Program-made: the position numbers and the translations under genes
Shown here: one piece after another, positions 1-10,572 of the stretch
How the letters are laid out: each line of letters begins with the position of its first letter
Numbering within the stretch: the stretch's first letter is position 1
The notes under the pieces: model-generated
The model's input: the letters and a program-made list of their open reading frames with translations, nothing else
The model's database searches: none
Told to the model about the DNA's origin: nothing
Source: Candidatus Methylomirabilales bacterium
Lineage (GTDB): Bacteria; Methylomirabilota; Methylomirabilia; Methylomirabilales; CSP1-5
DNA: 25,801 nt
Direction: 5' to 3'
NCBI GenBank assembly: GCA_046758505.1
Contig: JBHIAH010000034.1
Span: forward strand, 1 to 25,801

Positions 1-446
1 GTGCAAACAACATGAGCACGGATCGCGCCTCGGTTTCCCAGGCCGTCGCCTGCCGGGGGGCCCCGCCACTCCCGGCAATGTCGCTCGGGGCCTGCAGATG
101 CTGCCCCAGAAAGCAAATTTCGGGAGTAGAGGTCCTGTATCTCTTCGGGAGGGCAAGGGGGGCTGGGCCTGGACCCGGCGGAACCTGGTTTGCGTCCGGC
201 CGGGGTCCCGCCGCCGGAGCGGAGCGCAGGTGGGGGTGGCCGTCCTGCTGCCACACGATTCGCCCGGCGCGGAAGTCTGAGATTGCACCAAACCGACCAG
301 TGGAATTGTTCCGCCGGGGAAGACCCAGCCTCCGAGCCCTCCCAGGCTCGACTGCAACAGGGAGGCGAGGAGCCCGGGGCTTGCAAGTGCTGCCGTTTTG
401 CAGGTCGGTGGTTTACGAGTGGTCGGTCATCAAGTTGAGCCGCGGC

Positions 447-475
447 TTGACACCCCGAAGCCGCGTTGTTAATTT
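447..475 (+). promoter_or_regulatory. sigma70-type promoter of pncA
   Basis: TTGACA (447-452), 17-nt spacer, TG-n-TAATTT (467-475). SD AAGGAGGTGA at 501-510 precedes the start. Confidence 0.65.
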
Positions 476-511
476 CGACAAAAACGCCTGTGGAGGCGTG
501 AAGGAGGTGAG

Positions 512-1090
512 ATGAAGATGCTCAGCCTGGACCCCCAGCGCGATGCGGTGATCGTGGTGGATGTGCAAAACGATTTTTGTCCCGGCGGTGCCTTGGCTGT
601 TCCGGAGGGAGACAAGGTCATTCCACCACTCAATGCTCTCTTGGGCCAGGCCAATTGTTTCATCGTCGCCACGCGGGACTGGCATCCCGCAAATCACTGC
701 TCGTTCACAGACCAGGGGGGACCCTGGCCGGTCCACTGCGTGGCCGGCACCTGGGGGGCAGAATTTCATCCCACCCTGGATTGCTCCCGGCTCCAGCTGA
801 TCGTCTCGAAGGCCACCACGCGGGATCACGAGGCCTACTCGGGCTTTCAGGGGACTTCGCTCGCCCCCCTTTTACGGGAGCGAGGCGTGAAGCGCCTCGT
901 GATCGGCGGATTAGCCACAGATTACTGCGTCAAGGCCACCGCACTCGACGCCCGGCGCGCCGGCTTCGCGATCGTCATTTTGGAGGATGCGATCCGGGGT
1001 GTTGAGGTCACTCCCGGGGATTGCGCACGGGCGATCGAAGAGATGAAGCAGGCGGGCTGCACGTTCGGCCGAACGGATGAGCTTTGTTAG
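512..1090 (+). CDS. pncA: nicotinamidase/pyrazinamidase (isochorismatase family)
   Basis: Motifs VDVQNDFCPGGALAV, DWHPxxHCSF, WPVHCV, SK and GLATDYCV (Asp-Lys-Cys triad). Strong SD. Confidence 0.93.
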   Translation: MKMLSLDPQRDAVIVVDVQNDFCPGGALAVPEGDKVIPPLNALLGQANCFIVATRDWHPANHCSFTDQGGPWPVHCVAGTWGAEFHPTLDCSRLQLIVSKATTRDHEAYSGFQGTSLAPLLRERGVKRLVIGGLATDYCVKATALDARRAGFAIVILEDAIRGVEVTPGDCARAIEEMKQAGCTFGRTDELC

Positions 1091-1284
1091 GTTAACGCCG
1101 CACAAGGATCCCTACCGGAACTCGGCCCGCCCGCGCCGGACAAACGCTACGATCCCGCCGCGCGAGCGATGGGGTATCGGCACAAGCAAGCCCCGGCGAC
1201 GGCGACGGGGCTCTACCGAGGGCGGTGGACAGATTATCCTTTCATCCCTGGGAGGGGCGGGGTCGAGGGCCCGGAGCAACACCG

Positions 1285-2259
1285 TTACAGCTGCCGAAGC
1301 TTGGGGTTAAAGGCCTCCCTGAGCCCCTCCCCGAACAGGTAGAAGGCCAACACGACGACCAGGATCGCCGTCCCCGGAATGATGGTCAGCCACGAGGCGT
1401 CGAAGAGAAAGTTCTTCCCGTCCGCGAGGATGTTCCCCCACGAGGCGTCCGGCGGTGGCACACCAAATCCGAGGAAGGAGAGTCCGGATTCGGTCAGGAT
1501 GGCGCCGGCGATCCCCAGCGTTGCCGCGACTAGGACCGGGGCGACGGCGTTCGGGATCAGGTGGCGAAGGATGATCCGGGGCCCGGGCACGCCGAGCGCA
1601 TGCGCGGCTTGAACAAAGTCCTGCTCGCGCAGGGCCAGGATCTCGGCGCGGACGAAGCGCGCCGTCCCGGTCCAGGTGGTCAGGCCGATCACGACCATGA
1701 TGTTCCAAATCGACGGCCTCAGGACGGCGATGACGGTCAGGATCAGGAAGAACGAGGGGAAGGAAAGGAACACGTCAATGAGACCGGCGATCAGGGTGTC
1801 CACCGTCATCACCCCGAACGCGATCCGCCTCCGGCCGTAGTATCCGGCGATGCCTCCCAGGATGATCCCGATGGCAGATGCAATCCCGACAGCCACAAAG
1901 CCGACCGACAGGGAGACAAACGCCCCCTCGAGCATGCGGGCAAAGACGTCGCGCCCGAGTTCATCGGTGCCAAGCAGGTAGAGACCGAGACGGGGCAGGG
2001 TCTCGGCGGCGACCGCCTCGAAATTCGGGAGCGACAGCGGGGGTCTGAACTTGTCTGCAAGCCTCACCAGGCGGGGATCGAAGACCGGGTTTTCCCCTTT
2101 GGTGAGGAGCAGGCCGAAGAGGGCCACGAGCACAAAGAGGGCACAGGTCAGCATGCCTGTCACGGCCGTCCGATTCCGGAGAAAGGCCCGCCAGGCGAGC
2201 CGAGAGGGGGAGAGCCTCACCTCCGGGGACTGCGTGGCTGCCACCGCTCCTTCGGCCAT
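1285..2259 (-). CDS. oppC: peptide/nickel ABC transporter permease (OppC/DppC family)
   Basis: LGTDELGRDVFAR, EAA-type loop EQDFVQAAHALG, LSFLGFG. Start trimmed to ATG 2259, immediately after the oppB stop. Confidence 0.9.
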   Translation of the reverse strand: MAEGAVAATQSPEVRLSPSRLAWRAFLRNRTAVTGMLTCALFVLVALFGLLLTKGENPVFDPRLVRLADKFRPPLSLPNFEAVAAETLPRLGLYLLGTDELGRDVFARMLEGAFVSLSVGFVAVGIASAIGIILGGIAGYYGRRRIAFGVMTVDTLIAGLIDVFLSFPSFFLILTVIAVLRPSIWNIMVVIGLTTWTGTARFVRAEILALREQDFVQAAHALGVPGPRIILRHLIPNAVAPVLVAATLGIAGAILTESGLSFLGFGVPPPDASWGNILADGKNFLFDASWLTIIPGTAILVVVLAFYLFGEGLREAFNPKLRQL

Positions 2260-2261
2260 TG

Positions 2262-3233
2262 CTACTCCGCCTTCTCGAACCGGATCCGGGGGTCCACGAC
2301 CATGTACAGGACGTCCGAGAGGAAGGTGCCCAGCAAGGTGAGGACCGCCGCGATGAAATTCAGGGCGACCACGATCGGGTAGTCGCGACTCAGGATCGCT
2401 TCGTAGCCAAGCCGCCCGATCCCCGGCCAGGCAAAGATCGTTTCGATGATGACACTCCCACCGATCAGGGCAGGAACCAGCAGGCCGAGCATCGTGACAA
2501 ACGGGAGCAACGCATTGCGGAGGGCGTGCTTGTACAGGACGGTGTCTTCGTCCAATCCCTTCGCCCGAGCGGTCCGCACATAGTCCGAGGTGATCACCTC
2601 GAGCATTTGCGAGCGGACATACCGGGACAGGACCGCAATCCCGGCCGTCGCCCCGAGCACCGACGGCAGGACCAAGTGCCATGTCCGGTCCATGAGCCTC
2701 AAGGTGGCCGCGATGCCGTGGCGCCCAAAGGTCCTGAGCCCGATCACGTCCACATGAAAGCTCTGGACGACGAAGATGATCAGGAGGTACGCCAGGTAAA
2801 ACCCCGGGACCGAGATGAGGGCAAAGACCAGGACGGTCGTCACCTTATCGAAGAGGGAGTTGCGGCGAATGGCGCTGGTGATCCCCAAGGGAAAGGCGTA
2901 GCACCAGACGAGGATCGTCCCGACCAGGAAAAGGGGAAAACTGTTCCAAAACCGCTCGATGATCTTGGGCAGGACCGGCTGGTTGTCCTTGAAGGAGCGG
3001 AGCTGGCCGGTAAAGAGCTTGCGATAGAACCGCACGTACTGGATGGGGAGCGGCTGGTCGAGGTCGAAGGCCTTCCGGTACCGTTTCAGTATCTCAGGGG
3101 TGAACCGGGGGTTCATCGGGTCGATCTGACTCGGCTCTCCCGGGGCCAGGTGGATGACGGCGAACGAGATTATTGAGATAAAGAGGAGGGTCCAGAGTTT
3201 CTTCCAGCCGGTTCGGAGCAGAAAGGAAAGCAT
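2262..3233 (-). CDS. oppB: peptide/nickel ABC transporter permease (OppB/DppB family)
   Basis: LDQPLPIQY, DYVRTARAKGL, HALRNA, IETIFAWPGIG, C-terminal DPRIR. Confidence 0.93.
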   Translation of the reverse strand: MLSFLLRTGWKKLWTLLFISIISFAVIHLAPGEPSQIDPMNPRFTPEILKRYRKAFDLDQPLPIQYVRFYRKLFTGQLRSFKDNQPVLPKIIERFWNSFPLFLVGTILVWCYAFPLGITSAIRRNSLFDKVTTVLVFALISVPGFYLAYLLIIFVVQSFHVDVIGLRTFGRHGIAATLRLMDRTWHLVLPSVLGATAGIAVLSRYVRSQMLEVITSDYVRTARAKGLDEDTVLYKHALRNALLPFVTMLGLLVPALIGGSVIIETIFAWPGIGRLGYEAILSRDYPIVVALNFIAAVLTLLGTFLSDVLYMVVDPRIRFEKAE

Positions 3234-3239
3234 CGCGCC

Positions 3240-5345
3240 TCAGGAGGCCGTGAGCACGGGCCGAGGGGTCTTGACCCACTGGTTGAAGTGGAACTTGATC
3301 CCGCCGAGCTTGTCGGGAACGATGGGCAGGTAGCGGGATGCCCCATCCGCACGCCCGACCATCCGGACCAGCTTCCGGTCCAGGAGCATGAGGGCCTTTC
3401 TGACGAAGAGGAACGTGTACGGTTGGTCCTGGGCGATGATCTCGTGGAGATGCCTGGCCATGGCCACCTGCCGCGTGTGGTTATACTCCCGGCGGATGCG
3501 GATCATCAACCGATCCGCCTCCGGGTTGCTATACCCGACAAAGTTAAGCTGGAAATGCCCCGTTTGGCTCGAGTGAAAGATCTGATAGAGGTCCGCATCC
3601 AGCCCCATGGCCCATCCGAGGACGAGTGCATCGAAGTCCCCCTTGTCCACCCGCGCGTTGATAAAGACCGCCCACTCCAGCGTGAGGGTTTCCACCTTGA
3701 TCCCGAGGCGTCGCCACGCGTTTTGGGCGACCACCATCACCGCCCTGCGGATCTCGTTCCCCGAGTTCGTGATGAGCGTGAAGGCCAAGGGCTTTCCGTT
3801 TTTTTTCAGCCACCCCGCGGCATTTCGGGTCCAGCCGGCCTCGGCGAGGAGCCGGAGCGCCCCTTCGGGGTCGTAGGGGAGCGGCGTCACCGTCGGGTCA
3901 TAAAAGTCGGTCTGCTTCGGATACGGACCGGTGGTCCGCTCCGCCTGGCCGTACAGGACGTAGTCAATGATCTCCTGGACATTGATCGCCATGCCCAACG
4001 CCTTCCGCACCCGGGCATCCCGGAAGACCGGGCGCCGCATGTTGTAGCCAATGTAAGTGTAGCCTAAGCCAAGCCGCGAGAAGGCCTGGAAACGCGGGTC
4101 GTGTTTCAACCGCTCCACCTGATGCGGCTGCGCGCCGTAGGCGTCGCTGGTCCCCCCATAGAACGTGAGCTCGGCGGTCAGCAGGTCCGGGATGATCCGG
4201 AAGAAATACTCGTGGAGATTCGGCGCACCCTCCCAGTAATCGGTAAAGCGGGTCAGGCGGATGAACTGGTCCGTCTTCCACTCGCCGAACCGAAACGGAC
4301 CCGTCCCGATCGGCGCCCGGTTGAATCCGGAATCGCGGACGGAGAAGCTCTGGGGATCCCGGCCAGCCCGCATCGCCTCGGCCCTGAGCCGCCCCCGATT
4401 GAGGAGGTGCTCGGGCAGCATCCCCATGCCCCAGCTTGCGAACCCCGGTTCGAAGAGCCGCTTGTACGTGATCTTGACGGTGTACCGACCGAGGGATTCC
4501 ACCGACTTGACCGGCTCGAAGTCCGGCACCCGAGGCGAGAGGTTTTCGGGGGCCATGATCGTCTCGTAGGTGAACTTCACATCACCAGAGTCGAACTCGT
4601 GCCCGTCGTGAAAGAGGACCCCCTTTCGTAGCCGGAACAGCACGACCGGGTTGTGCTCAGTCGGGGGGACGAGGGCGGCGGCCCGCTCCCGGGTGACGAT
4701 CGGCTCACCCGCCTCGACAAAGCGGGAAGGATCGATCCGATCCGGGTAGCCCGCCAGCAGGCGGTTGAGTTTGATAAAGAAGTCCTGGTCGACCTCGCGG
4801 AGGGTGAATCGGAGGCGCGGAGGCTGGCGGACCGTCACCTGCACCGCGTGTGTCACGGGTGTTTTCCCCCCTGGCCCGGGGGCTTTCACCTCGATCTGTT
4901 CGACCCGTGACCGGCCTGGCAGGAGCTCGATCTTCCGCACACCCCGGAGAGCCGGATTTCCTGCCGCCCGTACCTCTTCCAGGTATCGGAGAAGCCGGTC
5001 GGCTGTCGCCGAGGTGCCATCGGGTAGTCGCTGGGTCTCATCCACGACCAGGTAGGCTTCTTCAAAGATCTCCCACGACTCGGCCAGACGCCCACGGAAA
5101 GAGAGATCGAAGTCTCGATCGATCAGCCCCTCGAAGACGAGGCTATTGATCGCGCTACTGGCTGAGTCAGCGGAGAGGGTGGGGTTCAGGATGGAGGCAT
5201 CCCCGATGGAGGTCTCAATATACCGGGTGAGCCGGCCGGGGTCCCCCTTGACCTGGTCCTCGAAGGTCGGAACCCAGAAATAGGACTGGAGCAGAAAAAG
5301 ACTGACGAGCGTCGGAGCCAGGATCAGGACCTGCTTCACCCGCAT
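3240..5345 (-). CDS. family 5 ABC substrate-binding protein (OppA/DppA/AppA-like), large, with N-terminal hydrophobic anchor
   Basis: FRLRKGVLFHDGHEFDSGDVKFT, PIGTGPF, DARVRKAL, YDPEGALRLLAEAGW. Lies directly upstream of oppBC. Confidence 0.9.
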   Translation of the reverse strand: MRVKQVLILAPTLVSLFLLQSYFWVPTFEDQVKGDPGRLTRYIETSIGDASILNPTLSADSASSAINSLVFEGLIDRDFDLSFRGRLAESWEIFEEAYLVVDETQRLPDGTSATADRLLRYLEEVRAAGNPALRGVRKIELLPGRSRVEQIEVKAPGPGGKTPVTHAVQVTVRQPPRLRFTLREVDQDFFIKLNRLLAGYPDRIDPSRFVEAGEPIVTRERAAALVPPTEHNPVVLFRLRKGVLFHDGHEFDSGDVKFTYETIMAPENLSPRVPDFEPVKSVESLGRYTVKITYKRLFEPGFASWGMGMLPEHLLNRGRLRAEAMRAGRDPQSFSVRDSGFNRAPIGTGPFRFGEWKTDQFIRLTRFTDYWEGAPNLHEYFFRIIPDLLTAELTFYGGTSDAYGAQPHQVERLKHDPRFQAFSRLGLGYTYIGYNMRRPVFRDARVRKALGMAINVQEIIDYVLYGQAERTTGPYPKQTDFYDPTVTPLPYDPEGALRLLAEAGWTRNAAGWLKKNGKPLAFTLITNSGNEIRRAVMVVAQNAWRRLGIKVETLTLEWAVFINARVDKGDFDALVLGWAMGLDADLYQIFHSSQTGHFQLNFVGYSNPEADRLMIRIRREYNHTRQVAMARHLHEIIAQDQPYTFLFVRKALMLLDRKLVRMVGRADGASRYLPIVPDKLGGIKFHFNQWVKTPRPVLTAS

Positions 5346-5465
5346 GGAGAACCCGGGGGGGGCGCCACCCGCCTCTCAGACGGGCGAAGCGCATGAAGAC
5401 GGGGGGGGGCAGAGCACCGGGCTGCGTGTACCTGACGGTTCATGCGCCTCACGCGCGCACGCCCC

Positions 5466-5765
5466 CTACTTGCCCGGCGCGGGCCCTGCCGGCGCCGCTT
5501 TGACTGGCTCTTCCGGGATCACCGAGGCTGGCCCTTGCCTCGTGGCGTAGATCGTGAGGATGATCGAGGTCGCCATGAAGAGGGCGGCAAGGGTGGTGGT
5601 CAACCGGTGGAGAAACGTGGTCGGGCCGCGCGCGCCAAAAACGGTCTGGGAGGACCCTCCACCAAAGGCGGCACCGATGTCTGCACCCTTGCCGGTCTGG
5701 ACCAAGACGACTCCCATCAAGGTCAAGGCCAGAACAATGTGGAGAATGACCATCAGTGTGTGCAT
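5466..5765 (-). CDS. secG: preprotein translocase subunit SecG
   Basis: VLVQTGKGADIGAAFGGGSSQTVFGARG, two TM segments, and the usual position downstream of tpiA. Confidence 0.95.
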   Translation of the reverse strand: MHTLMVILHIVLALTLMGVVLVQTGKGADIGAAFGGGSSQTVFGARGPTTFLHRLTTTLAALFMATSIILTIYATRQGPASVIPEEPVKAAPAGPAPGK

Positions 5766-5790
5766 AACACCCTCTCCGCTGAACGTTATC

Positions 5791-5959
5791 CGACGACCGG
5801 TGACCGATGACCACCTATCCAGTTCTCAGTTCATGGTTCATGGTTCATGGTTCATGGTCGGTCTCGAATTCCTCGCTGGGCAAGTAGCTTTTTTGGTTGT
5901 TGGTGGTCGGTCATCGGCTTTTTCGGTGGTCGGTCATCGGTGGACGTCGGACGTCGGAC
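5791..5959. repeat. compound heptamer tandem/inverted repeat element
   Basis: CGAYGAC-like x3 (5791-5811), TTCATGG x4 (5830-5857), then complementary GGTCRTC/GGACGTC-like units (5895-5959). Confidence 0.85.
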
Positions 5960-6719
5960 CTGAGACCTTCTCGAAGTGCACAATGCGGGCAAAGGCTTCC
6001 GCCTTGAGGCTTGCCCCGCCCACGAGCGCTCCGTCGATCTCCGTTTCGGCCATCAGCGCATCGACATTATCAGGTTTGACGCTTCCCCCGTACACAATTC
6101 GGACCGCCGCGGCCGCCGCCTCCCCCCAGAGTTCCGCCAGGCACTTCCGGAGGAAGGTGTGCACCGCGGCCGCTTGTTCCGGGGTGGCCGTGTGTCCGGT
6201 CCCGATAGCCCAGACTGGCTCGTAGGCAATCGCAATGTGTTCGCCCGCGTGCGGCCCGACCCCCGCCAGCCCTCCTCGGAGTTGCCCTTCGACCACCTGA
6301 AAGGTCCGGCCCTTCTCCCGCTCCGCCAATGTCTCGCCGACGCAGAGAATGGGGCTGAGCCCGTGTTCCAGAGCCGCCCCGAGCTTCCGGTTGACCTCCG
6401 CGTCGGCCTCGCCAAAGTACTGGCGCCGTTCGGAGTGACCCAGAATCACGTAGCGGCACCCGAGATCCGTGAGCATCTCCGGGGAGATCTCGCCGGTATA
6501 CGCCCCCTCCCGTTCCCAGTGCATGTTCTGAGCCCCGAGAGCGATCCGAGAGCCGTGGAGCACCTCCCTAACTGCCGGCAAGGCGGTAAAGGGAGGACAA
6601 ACCACGACCTCGATTTCGTCCCCCTCCCCCAGGAGCGCTCCGAGACGCTCCACCAGGGCCACCGCCGCGGCCGTGGTCTCGTACATCTTCCAGTTGCCCG
6701 CAATCAACGGCTTTCGCAT
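5934..6719 (-). CDS. tpiA: triosephosphate isomerase
   Basis: AGNWKM, GHSERR, AYEPVWAIGTG, YGGSV, LVGGASL. Start set at MRKPLIAG (ATG 6719). Confidence 0.97.
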   Translation of the reverse strand: MRKPLIAGNWKMYETTAAAVALVERLGALLGEGDEIEVVVCPPFTALPAVREVLHGSRIALGAQNMHWEREGAYTGEISPEMLTDLGCRYVILGHSERRQYFGEADAEVNRKLGAALEHGLSPILCVGETLAEREKGRTFQVVEGQLRGGLAGVGPHAGEHIAIAYEPVWAIGTGHTATPEQAAAVHTFLRKCLAELWGEAAAAAVRIVYGGSVKPDNVDALMAETEIDGALVGGASLKAEAFARIVHFEKVSGPTSDVHR

Positions 6720-6736
6720 CAAAGCCCCGGCCAACC

Positions 6737-6868
6737 GCCATCAGCAAACACCAACTTGAGCTGTCAGCTGCCAGCCGTCAGCAGGAATTCGAAGGGACCT
6801 ACTGACCTTAAAGCTGTTCGCTGACTGCTGATTGCTGACAGCTCGAACTTTGCTGCCTGCTGACCGCT
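6737..6868. repeat. heptamer (GCTGACN/NGTCAGC family) inverted repeat element
   Basis: Arms GCTGTCA-GCTGCCA-GCCGTCA and GCTGTTC-GCTGACT-GCTGATT-GCTGACA. Perfect 11-bp IR GAGCTGTCAGC (6758-6768) / GCTGACAGCTC (6834-6844). Confidence 0.85.
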
Positions 6869-6900
6869 CGCACCTTGCTGCCTGCTGCCACCTGGTTGCT

Positions 6901-8091
6901 TCATCTCTTGTCGGTGAGTGCGGCGATCCCGGGCAGCTCCCTTCCCTCGAGAAACTCTAAGGAGGCCCCACCGCCCGTGGAGATATGGGTCATCTTGTCC
7001 GCCACCCCTGCCTGGGCCACCGCCGCCGCGGTGTCTCCGCCTCCGATGATCGAGATGGCCCCACTCGCCGCAATCGCAGCCGCAACGGCCTTCGTCCCCT
7101 CGTCAAAAGGGGGGGTCTCGAAGACGCCCATAGGACCGTTCCACAGAATCGTGCGTGCCCCACGGACGACCACGGCAAAGGCCTCCCGGGTCTTTGGACC
7201 GATATCCAGGGCCATCCATCCCTCAGGAATCTCGGGACCATCGACCACGCGCGTCGGGGCGCCGGACGCGATCCGCTCGGCGACGACATGGTCCGACGCC
7301 GGCAGGAATGCCACCTTCGCCGCCCGCGCGGCCTTCATCGTCTCGCGGGCCAACTCCAGTTTGTCCTCCTCCACCAAGGACGCTCCCACCGGCTGCCCGA
7401 CCGCCTTCAGGAAGGTGTACGCCATCGCCCCCCCCAGGAGAAACGTGTCCACCTTCCCGATGAGGTTCTTCAGCACCCCGATCTTGTCCGAGACCTTGGC
7501 CCCTCCCAAGATCGCCACGAAAGGATGCTCGGGAGCGGTGAGGAGCTTTCCCAGATGCTCGATCTCCTTCCTCATGAGGAAACCGCATGCGGCGACCGGG
7601 ACGAAGCGGGCGATGCCGGCCGTCGAGGCGTGCGCCCGGTGTGCGGCTCCAAAGGCGTCATTCACGTATACATCGCAGAGCCCGGCCAGCGCCCGGGCAA
7701 AGTCTGCCGCGTTGTGCTCCTCCTCCGGATGAAACCGCAGGTTCTCCAACAGGAGGACCTCGCCCGGTTGCAGCCTGGCCACATCGGCTTGCACCTGTGC
7801 CCCGATACAATCCTCGGCCATGCCCACGGGCCCCGCGAGAAGCTCTGACAGATGGGCCGCGACCGGCCTGAGGCTCAACGCCGGTGATGGCTTGCCCTTG
7901 GGCCGACCAAGGTGGGCGCAGAGGATGACCCGCGCCTTCCGATCACGGGCGTACCGGATCGTAGGCAGACTCTCCCGCATCCGGATATCATCGGTAACAC
8001 GCCCCTCCTTCACGGGGACATTAAAGTCCACCCGGACCAGGACCCGCTTCCCCTCGAGCTCGAGCTCGTCGACGCACACCTTGTTAAACAT
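6901..8091 (-). CDS. pgk: phosphoglycerate kinase
   Basis: RVDFNVP, HLGRPKG, LLENLRF, NDAFGAAHRAHAS, GGAKVSDK, STGGGASLEFLEG. Start trimmed to ATG 8091. Confidence 0.97.
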   Translation of the reverse strand: MFNKVCVDELELEGKRVLVRVDFNVPVKEGRVTDDIRMRESLPTIRYARDRKARVILCAHLGRPKGKPSPALSLRPVAAHLSELLAGPVGMAEDCIGAQVQADVARLQPGEVLLLENLRFHPEEEHNAADFARALAGLCDVYVNDAFGAAHRAHASTAGIARFVPVAACGFLMRKEIEHLGKLLTAPEHPFVAILGGAKVSDKIGVLKNLIGKVDTFLLGGAMAYTFLKAVGQPVGASLVEEDKLELARETMKAARAAKVAFLPASDHVVAERIASGAPTRVVDGPEIPEGWMALDIGPKTREAFAVVVRGARTILWNGPMGVFETPPFDEGTKAVAAAIAASGAISIIGGGDTAAAVAQAGVADKMTHISTGGGASLEFLEGRELPGIAALTDKR

Positions 8092-8107
8092 CGGAGACGC
8101 TACACCC

Positions 8108-8162
8108 CGTTCACGGTTCACTGCCATTGCCCTGAACCATGAACCGTGAACTGTGAACCGTT
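8108..8162. repeat. heptamer (TTCAYGG/CCRTGAA family) inverted repeat element
   Basis: GTTCACGGTTCAC, then a short loop, then TGAACCA-TGAACCG-TGAACTG-TGAACCG. Abuts the gap stop codon. Confidence 0.85.
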
Positions 8163-9182
<1,020 letters not shown>

Positions 9183-9233
9183 CTACCGCGCCAGGGCGGA
9201 ACCCCACCCCAAAAGATCCCAAGATTCTTGCTC

Positions 9234-9262
9234 ATGATAGACGCGATGCCGCGGGAAGTCAA
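9234..9262 (-). promoter_or_regulatory. sigma70 promoter of the gap-pgk-tpiA-secG operon
   Basis: Minus strand reads TTGACT-N17-TATCAT. Confidence 0.7.
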
Positions 9263-9265
9263 CCG

Positions 9266-10027
9266 TCAGAGCGCCCGCGCCAGCGTATAGACGGAGACCG
9301 CGCGCGCCCCGGCCCTCATCAAGACCTTCGCACACTCGTTAACCGTGGCGCCGGTCGTCAGGACATCATCCACGAGAAGAAGTGTAAGCCCTTCGACCTC
9401 CTGCCGACTCCGGATCGCAAAGGCTCCCCGAACATTCCGCACGCGCTCCCGGGCCTTGCCGGTCTGCGGCGGGGTTGCCCGGATGCGCCGCACCGCCTTC
9501 CGGAGGACCGGCCGCTCCAACCGTTTCGCGACGGCGCCGGCCAGGATATCGGCCTGATTAAACCCCCGATCTCGTTCACGCCTTCCATGGAGCGGAACCG
9601 GCACGATCGCATCGATGCTGGGGGAACCGAGGAGGTCTGCTGCCCGCTCCGCCATGAGGCGGCCCAGATGTCCGCCCAGGGCGATCCGCCCCCCGTGCTT
9701 GAACAGGAGGAGAATTGCCCGGAGGGGATCATCCCGCTCATAGAGGACAGCCGACCGGGCGAGAAGGTACTGGGGCGGCTGGGTCCGACAGGCCTGGCAG
9801 AGATGAGAGGGGGGGTGGGCGAGCGCCCGTCCCCAAAAGGGCCGCCCGCATCGAGGACAGAAGGGGGAATCCAGAAGCCGAATCCCTCCCCAGCAGGTCC
9901 TGCACACGACCGACCGAGAGCCGACCCCCAGCACGCCGTCACAGACGGCACACCCGGCGGGGAACACAAATCGGAGGAGGGCAAAATACAGTTCCAGGCC
10001 CCCATGCTTCCAACGGGCGAGCCCCAT
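9266..10027 (-). CDS. comF: ComF family protein (zinc ribbon plus phosphoribosyltransferase domain)
   Basis: Four CxxC motifs, PVPLH..RERDRGFNQA, LLVDDVLTTGAT. Start trimmed to ATG 10027 after GGGGAG. Confidence 0.88.
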   Translation of the reverse strand: MGLARWKHGGLELYFALLRFVFPAGCAVCDGVLGVGSRSVVCRTCWGGIRLLDSPFCPRCGRPFWGRALAHPPSHLCQACRTQPPQYLLARSAVLYERDDPLRAILLLFKHGGRIALGGHLGRLMAERAADLLGSPSIDAIVPVPLHGRRERDRGFNQADILAGAVAKRLERPVLRKAVRRIRATPPQTGKARERVRNVRGAFAIRSRQEVEGLTLLLVDDVLTTGATVNECAKVLMRAGARAVSVYTLARAL

Positions 10028-10103
10028 CCGTTGCTCCCCGCCGTGGGACGGCGCCACGCGTGGCCTCAAATCGGAGGTGGGGAAATGACCGAGGGGGAGC
10101 GGC

Positions 10104-10451
10104 TTACCGGCGCTCCTCCTCCTCCTCCTGGCATGCGATGCAGTACCGAGCGAAGGGAACGGCTTCCAAGCGCTTGACGGCGATCTCCTCCCCGCATTTC
10201 TCACACGTGCCGTACGTGCGGGAACGGATTTTATCCAAGGCGGCATCTACCTGGCGTAGAAGCCGCCTCTCGGCATCGCCCAAAGAGAGCAGAAATTCCT
10301 TGGTGTAGGCGTTCGCCGCCTGGTCGGCCAAGTCCAACGTGCCGCTACCGGTCTCGAACCCGGTCGCGGTCCGCGTCCGCACGCCGCTCAAAAGCTCCTT
10401 CCGCTTCTCCGAAAGCCGTTTCTCGAGTTCCTTCAGCTTGGATGCCCTCAT
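10104..10451 (-). CDS. dksA: DksA/TraR family C4 zinc-finger protein
   Basis: Coiled-coil tip DLADQA (DxxDxA), YGTCEKCGEEI..KRLEAVP..RYCIAC. Confidence 0.85.
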   Translation of the reverse strand: MRASKLKELEKRLSEKRKELLSGVRTRTATGFETGSGTLDLADQAANAYTKEFLLSLGDAERRLLRQVDAALDKIRSRTYGTCEKCGEEIAVKRLEAVPFARYCIACQEEEEERR

Positions 10452-10572
10452 CTCCAGACCCTTTGCTCATAGGAACCTCAGGAACCGAACCGGCCCTTTC
10501 GCCCCGAAGGGTGACACCCTCCCCGCCACGGCAGGTCGCCAAAAGCGAAAGAGGGGGACGATTCGTCCACCT

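Noticed and set aside
1..440. ORFs 12-515, 98-280 and 190-438, or an RNA gene upstream of pncA
   Set aside because: Low-complexity R/G/P-rich translations with no recognisable motif, and one overlaps the pncA promoter. No tRNA, tmRNA, SRP or RNase P signature was seen.
5830..5857. Short repeats with unique loops as a CRISPR array
   Set aside because: The units are 7 bp, tandem and inverted. There are no 23-47-bp direct repeats with regular spacers and no cas genes.
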